Shown: positions 24,233-31,906 of the stretch, one piece after another
How the letters are laid out: the number at the start of each line of letters is the position of its first letter
Numbering within the stretch: position 1 is the stretch's first letter
From: Gemmatimonadota bacterium
Lineage (GTDB): Bacteria > Gemmatimonadota > Gemmatimonadetes > Gemmatimonadales > GWC2-71-9
Length of the DNA: 31,906 nucleotides
Assembly: GCA_039591795.1 (NCBI GenBank)
Contig: JBDHCY010000035.1
Coordinates: 1-31,906, forward strand
Direction: 5' to 3'
Made by a program: the position numbers and the translations under genes
Notes under the pieces: model-generated
Told to the model about the DNA's origin: nothing
Seen by the model: only the letters and a program-made list of their open reading frames with translations
The model's database searches: none

Positions 24233-27112
24233 ATGCCGAGTGCCGGTCGAGTGCTTGACGCCCTGCCACCCCACACGCCAACTTCGCCACCGGGCATGCC
24301 CGATCCAGACCTTCCGCTCGACGCTCGCCTCCTCGAGCGCCTTCAACGCGCCCTCGGAGATCGGTACGAGCTGCAGCACCTGCTGGGTGCCGGTGGCATG
24401 GGGGTCGTCTACCTCGCCCGCGACCTGACACTCGACCGCCCGATCGCCGTCAAGGTGGTGCCACCCCACCTTGCGACTGCCGTTGCCGTCGAGCGCTTTC
24501 TGCGCGAAGCGCAAATACTGGCCGATCTGAACCACCCGAACATCGTCAAGGTCTATGATTTCGGTCAGCGCGAGGGACTCCTCTACTATCTGATGGAGTA
24601 CCTCCAAGGCGAGACACTCGCCGCGCGCATTCAACGAGCTCGACTGCCGTCTGCCGACGCGGTCGCCATGGCACCAGAGCTGCTCGCCGCGCTGGAAACA
24701 GCGCACGAGCGTGGCATCGTGCATCGCGACGTCAAGCCAAGCAACGTGATGCTGGTCGGTACCCGCCCGGTACTCACCGACTTCGGCATCGCAAAGCGCG
24801 CCACGCGGCGCGACGAGACCGTCACGGAGCCGGATGCGGTGCCGGGCACCCCAGCCTACATGGCGCCCGAGGCAATTGGCGGCGAGGTGACGGAGCTCGC
24901 GGACCAGTATTCCGCTGCCATGGTCATCTACGAAGCCCTGACCGCGCGACAGTGGGAGGGAGTCGGTGCGCCGGAACGTGCCGACTGGTCCGGCGTACCG
25001 CGTCACCTGTACGGCCCGTTGGCGAGGGCACTCGCCTCCGCGCCGGCGGACCGCTGGCCGGACGTGGCGAGTCTGCGCCACGCGCTGCTGCGGGCGCGGC
25101 CACCGCGGCCACTGTGGGTGCGCGCGGCCGCCGCGGTGGCCGCCGTCGTCGCCCTTGCCGCCGTCGTCTGGGTCAACTCACGGGCTCAGCCAGAATTCGC
25201 GGACGGGCCGAGTCAGCTGAGACTTCATGTCCCCCGCCTGGGCTACGATGGCCCGCCGGCCGGCGCCTGGATCGCCGACTCGATCACGGCCCACGTCCGA
25301 CGGAGCCTCGCCGGCCCCGACGTGACGGTCCTCCCTCGGGAAGGGCGGCGGGCCGGTGCGTCGACGATCGCCGGAACGCTCACGATGAGCGGTGATTCGG
25401 TCGCGGTCACGTTGATCGCCGACGCATTATCGCTTCCGAGAATCTCTCCACGCCCCGAGCCCGAATGGCGAGCGCTGGCCGACAGTGCGGCCCTGCAAAC
25501 CTGGATATGGATCTGGCGATCGCGCGCCGAGCGCGGACCGCTACCGGTGCGTGCTCTGCCCGCGACCCCCGACGCGTTTCCACCGTTCGTGCACGGCGAG
25601 CTGCTTTTTGCGCAGGCACGCTGGCGGGAGGCAGCCCGGGCGTACGCCCAAGCCGAAGCGCTCGATTCGACGTGCCTTCTGTGCTCCTGGCGACTCTTCG
25701 ACGTGGGTCGCTGGCTCTCGCTCACCCCTGACGAGGCACGCTACCGTCGGCTCCTCGCCAACGAAAGCGCGTTCCCGCCGCACTATCGCGCGGTTATCCG
25801 TGCCGCCGTGGCGCCGACCGCGACCCGAGTGGACAGCCTCGCGGCGGCTGTGGAGCTGGCGCGTGACTTCCGCACGGCCTGGTTCCATTGGGCGGAGGAG
25901 TTGTTCCACCGCGGCCCGCTGGTGAGGCACTCGCGGCGCGGTGCCGAGGCAGCGTATGTGCAGGTCACGCAACTCGAGCCCGCATTCGTACCTGCATGGC
26001 ATCACCTCGCCTGGCTCCGCACCGCCGAAGGCGATCGTTCGGGTGCGGAGTCCGCGCTCTTCCACATCCAGTCGGCAGGCGACCCTGCCGACGCCTACTC
26101 TCTGGCATTCAACGGCTATGTTGGGGTGGGGTTTGCCTGGCGTTTCCTGCCGCCGGACTCCGCTCGCGCCTTCACCGAGTCGGTGCTTGCCGATCCACGC
26201 ATCGCGGAGTTCGAAGACCTGGGAGCGGGTGCGCGATTCCTCACGGCGTTCGATGCTCCGCGAGGTGCGATTGCCGTGGCGCGTCTCCTCCGGGAGCGCG
26301 ACCTCACACCGCTCGCCTTGCGTTCGACCCTCCTCGCCGAGGTGTTCGGCAATGTGGCGCTCGGGCGTCCCGACTCGGCCCGCGTCGCTGTGGCGCGGCT
26401 TCAGGAGCAGTTCGACAACCCACAGGTGGCACTGTTCGGGGCGCAGCTCGACGCGGCGTGGGCGCTGTTCGGCTCCGGCACCGACGTGGGGTCCACTATC
26501 GCCCGCCTCGAGGAACACGTCGCGCCGTATCCGGGTGCGGAAGAGCGGATCCGCCGAGCAGCCTATCTCCTGGTGCTGCTCGAGCGAAGCACCAACCGTG
26601 GTGACGCCGCCGCTCGTCACCTGGCGCTGCTCGCGAGTGAGCCAGCGCCCCACCCGTTCACCACGCTGCTCGACGCCGACTCGATCGCCCGGCGCGGGGC
26701 CCTCGCGCGGGCCATTGAGATCTCACTGAATCTCGTCGGGTCGCTGGACTCCAGCCAAACGGTCGACGATCCGTTCTTTCGCACGATGCATCATGTACAC
26801 CGCGCGGCGTGGTATACCGAGCTCGGCAACGTCGAGGAGGCGTTCCGCGAGCTTGGATGGTTCGAGAACGCCGACATTGCGGGTGGCTACCCGACCGACG
26901 ATCCAAAGAACGCCGAGGTGGACTGGGCGTTCGGGACGGAGGCACAGTGGCGCCGTGCGCAGTTGCTCGACCGAGCCGGTCGGCGCACGGCGGATGCCTG
27001 TGCCAGCTACGAGGCCGTGTCGCGCCATTGGATCGACGGCGCTTCGCTCTTCGCCGCTCGGGCGGACACCGCGCGCCGACGCTTCAGGGCATTGGGCTGT
27101 GGTGACGCATGA
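24233..27112 (+). CDS. serine/threonine protein kinase with one TM helix and large extracytoplasmic TPR-like/helical-repeat domain
   Basis: Kinase motifs are present: LGAGGMGVVY, AVKV, HRDVKPSNVML, DFGIAK and GTPAYMAPE. A TM helix WVRAAAAVAAVVALAAVVWV follows. The rest is about 600 aa of Ala/Leu-rich helical repeats. The stop overlaps the next start (ATGA). Confidence 0.85.
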   Translation: MPSAGRVLDALPPHTPTSPPGMPDPDLPLDARLLERLQRALGDRYELQHLLGAGGMGVVYLARDLTLDRPIAVKVVPPHLATAVAVERFLREAQILADLNHPNIVKVYDFGQREGLLYYLMEYLQGETLAARIQRARLPSADAVAMAPELLAALETAHERGIVHRDVKPSNVMLVGTRPVLTDFGIAKRATRRDETVTEPDAVPGTPAYMAPEAIGGEVTELADQYSAAMVIYEALTARQWEGVGAPERADWSGVPRHLYGPLARALASAPADRWPDVASLRHALLRARPPRPLWVRAAAAVAAVVALAAVVWVNSRAQPEFADGPSQLRLHVPRLGYDGPPAGAWIADSITAHVRRSLAGPDVTVLPREGRRAGASTIAGTLTMSGDSVAVTLIADALSLPRISPRPEPEWRALADSAALQTWIWIWRSRAERGPLPVRALPATPDAFPPFVHGELLFAQARWREAARAYAQAEALDSTCLLCSWRLFDVGRWLSLTPDEARYRRLLANESAFPPHYRAVIRAAVAPTATRVDSLAAAVELARDFRTAWFHWAEELFHRGPLVRHSRRGAEAAYVQVTQLEPAFVPAWHHLAWLRTAEGDRSGAESALFHIQSAGDPADAYSLAFNGYVGVGFAWRFLPPDSARAFTESVLADPRIAEFEDLGAGARFLTAFDAPRGAIAVARLLRERDLTPLALRSTLLAEVFGNVALGRPDSARVAVARLQEQFDNPQVALFGAQLDAAWALFGSGTDVGSTIARLEEHVAPYPGAEERIRRAAYLLVLLERSTNRGDAAARHLALLASEPAPHPFTTLLDADSIARRGALARAIEISLNLVGSLDSSQTVDDPFFRTMHHVHRAAWYTELGNVEEAFRELGWFENADIAGGYPTDDPKNAEVDWAFGTEAQWRRAQLLDRAGRRTADACASYEAVSRHWIDGASLFAARADTARRRFRALGCGDA

Positions 27113-29016
27113 TCTTCGTCCGCATGCTGGGCCCGGTGCAGGCGACCGTGGATGGCGAGCCGCCTCCCGCGGAGCTCCTCTGGCGGAAGAACCTTGCGAC
27201 GCTCGTCTACCTCGCGCGCTCCCCCAAGCGAGCGCGCACACGTGAGCACCTCGCGGGACTCCTGTGGCCCGAAAAGCCTGACGCCGCTGCTCGCCACTCG
27301 CTGAACGAAGCCCTTCGGGTGCTGCGGCGCGCCGGCGGCGAGGCGATCATCGATTCTGTCAGCGGCCAGGTCCGCCTAGCAGCTGGCGCCGTGTCACTCG
27401 ACGTCGAGGAGATCGAGCGGCGTGTCGCGGCTCAGGACGTGGCTGGTGCCGCGGCACTGATCACGGGTGAGTTTCTCGAAGGGTTCGCCGTGCCGGGTGC
27501 CGGGGGATTCGAGGACTGGCTGATGGCGGAGCGCGGCGCGTGGCGGGCCCGATCGATCGAAGTGCTCCTCCTCCACCACCGTGCGCTCCTCGACGCGGGG
27601 CGACTCGCCGAAGCCGCAGATGCCGCGGCGCGGGCTGAGGCACTCGACCCCCTGGCAGACTCCGCACTCCGCGCCACCATGCGGTGCCTCGCCCTGGCGG
27701 GAGATCGAGCCGGCGCGCTCGCCCGCTACGATGGGTTCACGGAACGCTTGCGCGAGGCCGTAGGGATCGAGCCGGAGACCGACACGGATGCGTTGGCTGA
27801 GCGCGTGCGCCGAGAGCGCATTTGGCGCCGACCCACACCGATTCCCGGACACGAGTTGCGCGAGCCGCCGCGGCGCGCACCCCTCCTCGGACGCGCGGCC
27901 GAGCTCGCAGCCATTGCGGGCGCCTGGGCTACCTGTCGCCGTGACTCCCAAGCCACCCTGGCGCTGATCGTCGGCGACCCTGGCGCTGGTCGCTCGCGCC
28001 TCGTTGACGAAGTGCTGACCCGTGCCCGACTGGACGGCGCCGCCACCGCACTCGCCCGAGGTGTACCTGCCGATCGGGACGAAGCCGGCAGCGCGACGCT
28101 GGCTCTCGCTCGGGGTGGCCTGCTCGACGCTCCGGGTGCCGCCGCCGCACCGCCTGCCGCGCTCGCTGCGTTCATTGCCCGCATGCCCGAGTGGGGAGAC
28201 CGGTTTCCCGGGAGCCGCCATGTCGAGGAGCCAATGGCACTGGGGCGCGCACTGCGTGAGGTCGTGCGCGCCGTCTCCGACGAGCAGCCGACCATCCTTG
28301 CTCTCGACGACGCGCACCTCGTCGACGGAGAATCACTCGCCTCGCTCGAGGCCGCGGCACGCGACCTCACCGGCTCTCCGATCTTCATTCTGCTCTCGGC
28401 AACAGAGCGGGCCGACCACCCAGAGCTCGAGGTCGTGCGAGCACGCGCCGGGCGCGACGTTGCCGGCATGGTTGTGCGTCTCGAGCCGCTCTCGATGCCC
28501 GCCCTCCGCGAGCTCGCCGCGTGGGCTCTGGGTGGCTGGAGCGACGAATCGCTCGATCGAGTCACTCGGCGGGTCGCCGCAGATTCCGCGGGCCTGCCAC
28601 TCCTGGCTGTGGAGCTAGTGCACGCCGTCGCCGCCGGCCTCGCCCTTCGCGAAACCGAGCGCACGTGGCCCGATCCCGCGCGCACCCTCGACGCCACGCT
28701 ACCGGGAGACCTGCCCGACACCGTCGTGGCAGCGATCCGGACGGGTTTCCGCCTGCTCTCGACCGATGCGCAGCACGTCCTCGCCGCGACCGCCGTCCTC
28801 GGGGGCCGGGCGACGATCCCGCGCCTCGAACGCGCGACCGCAGAGCACGGCGAGCCGCTCGTGACCGCCCTCGACGAGCTGGAGTGGCAACGCTGGCTCA
28901 CATCGGACGAGCGTGGGTATGCCTTTGTCGCTCGTATCGTGGCCGAGGTCGTCGCCCGCGACATGGTGACTCCCGGCCAGCGCCGACGGATTCTCGAGGC
29001 GGCGGGCGCCGGCTGA
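27109..29016 (+). CDS. SARP/AfsR-like regulator: OmpR-type winged-helix DNA-binding domain plus BTAD plus P-loop NTPase domain
   Basis: The N-terminus LGPVQATVDGEPP...NLATLVYLARSPKRARTREHLAGLLWPE...LNEALRVLRR fits a SARP winged helix. A helical BTAD segment follows. Walker A-like LIVGDPGAGRSRL and ILALDDAHLVD (Walker B-like) are present. Confidence 0.8.
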   Translation: MIFVRMLGPVQATVDGEPPPAELLWRKNLATLVYLARSPKRARTREHLAGLLWPEKPDAAARHSLNEALRVLRRAGGEAIIDSVSGQVRLAAGAVSLDVEEIERRVAAQDVAGAAALITGEFLEGFAVPGAGGFEDWLMAERGAWRARSIEVLLLHHRALLDAGRLAEAADAAARAEALDPLADSALRATMRCLALAGDRAGALARYDGFTERLREAVGIEPETDTDALAERVRRERIWRRPTPIPGHELREPPRRAPLLGRAAELAAIAGAWATCRRDSQATLALIVGDPGAGRSRLVDEVLTRARLDGAATALARGVPADRDEAGSATLALARGGLLDAPGAAAAPPAALAAFIARMPEWGDRFPGSRHVEEPMALGRALREVVRAVSDEQPTILALDDAHLVDGESLASLEAAARDLTGSPIFILLSATERADHPELEVVRARAGRDVAGMVVRLEPLSMPALRELAAWALGGWSDESLDRVTRRVAADSAGLPLLAVELVHAVAAGLALRETERTWPDPARTLDATLPGDLPDTVVAAIRTGFRLLSTDAQHVLAATAVLGGRATIPRLERATAEHGEPLVTALDELEWQRWLTSDERGYAFVARIVAEVVARDMVTPGQRRRILEAAGAG

Positions 29017-29030
29017 CCGATGGCTTGCGG

Positions 29031-29050
29031 GTGTCGGGCCGGCCCGACAC
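29031..29050. repeat. perfect 20-bp GC-rich palindrome GTGTCGGGCCGGCCCGACAC between the SARP and NfeD genes (hairpin/terminator or operator)
   Basis: The 10-bp arms have no spacer. It lies 15 nt after the SARP stop and about 14 nt before the NfeD start. No T-tract follows. Confidence 0.5.
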
Positions 29051-29063
29051 CTTCCCCCAAGCC

Positions 29064-29663
29064 ATGCTGGGCATTTACCTCCTCGCCGCCATCGTCGGCG
29101 CTGGCGCACTCGTCTTCTCGCTCCTGGGCGGCGAGCACGACGCTGGCCATGGCGACGCGGGCGATGTGGGGCACGATGCCGACGCGGGGCACGACGCCCA
29201 CGCCGCGCACGGCGGCGGGGGCGAGATCATCTTGGGCCTCTTTCGGCCGCGGAACCTCGTCTTCTTCCTCGCGGCCTTCGGCCTCACGGGCACCGTGCTC
29301 ACCTGGCTCGCCGCACCTGCCTTCGGCACGCTGATGGCCGCACTCGCCATGGGAGCTGGGGCCATGCTCACAACCCACGCGACCTTCACCTGGCTTCGGC
29401 GCAGCGAGAGCGCGAGCGATGTCGTGAGCGACCATGCCTTCGAAGGCCGTACAGCCCGCGTCGTGCTCCCGGTCGAGTCAGGCCAGCGCGGGCGCGTGGC
29501 CTGCGTGCTGGCGGGCCAGGAGCACTACATCACCGCTCGACTCGCTCCCGGCGCGCCTGCGCCGCTTGTCCCCGGCCGCGAGGTCTTGATTCTGCGCATG
29601 GCGGAAGGCGTGGCGGAGGTCGAGCCCTTCGACGCGCTCGAACTCCCTCCCTCAACCGACTGA
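29064..29663 (+). CDS. NfeD-like membrane protein (OB-fold C-terminus) with His/Asp-rich acidic loop
   Basis: The N-terminal TM is MLGIYLLAAIVGAGALVFSLL. The acidic/His-rich stretch reads EHDAGHGDAGDVGHDADAGHDAHAAHGGGG. A second TM pair and a C-terminal beta-rich domain follow. It sits immediately upstream of the flotillin gene, the classic NfeD-SPFH pair. Confidence 0.6.
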   Translation: MLGIYLLAAIVGAGALVFSLLGGEHDAGHGDAGDVGHDADAGHDAHAAHGGGGEIILGLFRPRNLVFFLAAFGLTGTVLTWLAAPAFGTLMAALAMGAGAMLTTHATFTWLRRSESASDVVSDHAFEGRTARVVLPVESGQRGRVACVLAGQEHYITARLAPGAPAPLVPGREVLILRMAEGVAEVEPFDALELPPSTD

Positions 29664-29670
29664 GGCCACC

Positions 29671-30933
<1,263 letters not shown>

Positions 30934-30940
30934 CGCTTCC

Positions 30941-31906
30941 CTAGCGCCGCTGCGCCGCGGCGTACGCACGCTCGCGATCGCGGACCTTGCGCACGTAGTC
31001 CACCGGCTCGTTGCAGCGGCAGTAGCCGTACTTGGTCTGGCGGTGCACCGCCCGGCGCATCAAGAGTGGCGCGACCTCGGCCACGTTACCGAACCAGACG
31101 TTGGGGTCCTTCCCCTCCTGTTCGGCGATCCGCCGCGCATCTTGAATGTGACCATAGCCAGCGTTGTACGACGCCAATGCAAACCACAGCCGCTCCGCTG
31201 AATCGGGGACGTCGTCCAACAGACCGTACACGTGCCGCAGGTAGCGAGACCCTGCATGGATGTTGATCTCCGGAACGTGAAGCGAGTCGAACCCGAATCC
31301 ACGTGCGGTTTGTGGCATGAGCTGCATGAGTCCGACGGCTCCGGCGAACGACACGACATTCGGGTCGAAGCGACTCTCCTGATACATCTGTGACGCGAGC
31401 GTGAGCCAGTCGAAGTCGAATCGCGCGGCGTAGCGCTTGATCGTTTCATCATAGGGGGAGATGGCTCCAGCCCGTGCGGCCCGCCGTGTCGCGTACGCGC
31501 GCGCTGAGCGCGGATTCCCGAAATACTTGCGTGTGGTGAGGTTGTAGAACGTGCCACGGTAGATGCCAGCGAAGTATTGGTCGACGGCCGCAAGCAGCTC
31601 AGGCTCCGAGCGGCGCACCTGCCAGGCGTGCCCCACCGTATCCGAGACCTCGAACGCCCCCGTCACGTCGTCGCGCCACGTCAACTCGACGTCGAGCACG
31701 TGGCTGTCGGCAATCGTGAGATCGTACTCGCCCGTGGCCACCCGTTCGATGATCTCTTCCGTTTCCATCTCCTCGGGGGCGGCGACGAGCTCGAATTCGT
31801 ATCCCTCACGCTGAAGTCGCTCCGCAGTCTTCCAGTAGGCGCTCGTCCGCCGAACGGCGATCGTGCGACCGGAGAGGTCGGCCGGCCCTCGCAGCAGGGA
31901 ATCTCC
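30941..31906 (-). CDS. mltF: membrane-bound lytic murein transglycosylase F-like (periplasmic binding-protein domain plus SLT domain), 5' end outside window
   Basis: SLT catalytic motifs are present: YQESRFDPNVVSFAGAVGLMQLMPQTA and LASYNAGYG. The reading frame stays open upstream of the listed ATG to the window edge (…GRTIAVRRTSAYWKTAERLQREGYEFELVAAPEEMETEE…). This fits the PBP-like N-domain of MltF. Confidence 0.75.
   Translation of the reverse strand, partial: GDSLLRGPADLSGRTIAVRRTSAYWKTAERLQREGYEFELVAAPEEMETEEIIERVATGEYDLTIADSHVLDVELTWRDDVTGAFEVSDTVGHAWQVRRSEPELLAAVDQYFAGIYRGTFYNLTTRKYFGNPRSARAYATRRAARAGAISPYDETIKRYAARFDFDWLTLASQMYQESRFDPNVVSFAGAVGLMQLMPQTARGFGFDSLHVPEINIHAGSRYLRHVYGLLDDVPDSAERLWFALASYNAGYGHIQDARRIAEQEGKDPNVWFGNVAEVAPLLMRRAVHRQTKYGYCRCNEPVDYVRKVRDRERAYAAAQRR

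Noticed and set aside
28521-29063. Upstream 180 codons of the long ORF 28521..29663, overlapping the SARP gene in another frame
   Set aside because: The Arg/Pro-rich translation looks non-coding. The NfeD-like protein plausibly starts at ATG 29064, just after the SARP stop and the palindrome.

Overview
This is a 31.9-kb, very high-GC bacterial chromosomal segment, roughly two-thirds or more G+C by eye. It is densely coding on both strands, with about 33 protein genes and many overlapping or coupled start/stop codons. I found no rRNA, tRNA, CRISPR array, transposase or integrase. The gene content suggests a soil-type Gram-negative such as Gemmatimonadota, but that is inference only.

Gene content in order:
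- A periplasmic catabolic cluster: an amidohydrolase, a secreted FAH-family hydrolase, and a Tat-signal small subunit translationally coupled to a GMC flavoprotein dehydrogenase.
- An AAA/TLC-family nucleotide translocase and a membrane fatty-acid desaturase.
- A threonine-dehydratase-like PLP enzyme split over two reading frames (frameshift or pseudogene).
- A lipoprotein RidA, a c-type cytochrome and a PHB-depolymerase-like esterase.
- Ornithine aminotransferase (rocD) with ARG-box-like palindromes upstream.
- A YdjM-like membrane hydrolase carrying a 10-bp tandem repeat.
- A YtrA-type GntR–ABC ATPase–permease–two envelope proteins operon with a perfect palindromic operator in its promoter.
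- A zinc-ribbon Ser/Thr kinase divergent from a DUF1499 protein, and a GNAT acetyltransferase.
- A TPR-containing Ser/Thr kinase translationally coupled to a SARP/AfsR-like ATPase regulator, followed by an NfeD–flotillin pair.
- A 5'-truncated MltF-like lytic transglycosylase at the window edge.

The most interesting signal is an ArsM/AS3MT-like SAM methyltransferase at 10807-11604. Its reading frame runs through an in-frame UGA (11428-11430) that sits exactly at the family's conserved cysteine. A GC-rich hairpin in SECIS-like position follows 11 nt downstream, and 57 further in-frame codons remain homologous to ArsM. This makes it a candidate selenocysteine-containing methyltransferase. The other two canonical ArsM cysteines are replaced by Val and Gly. 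Coordinates of non-ORF motifs were read by eye and may be off by 1-2 nt.
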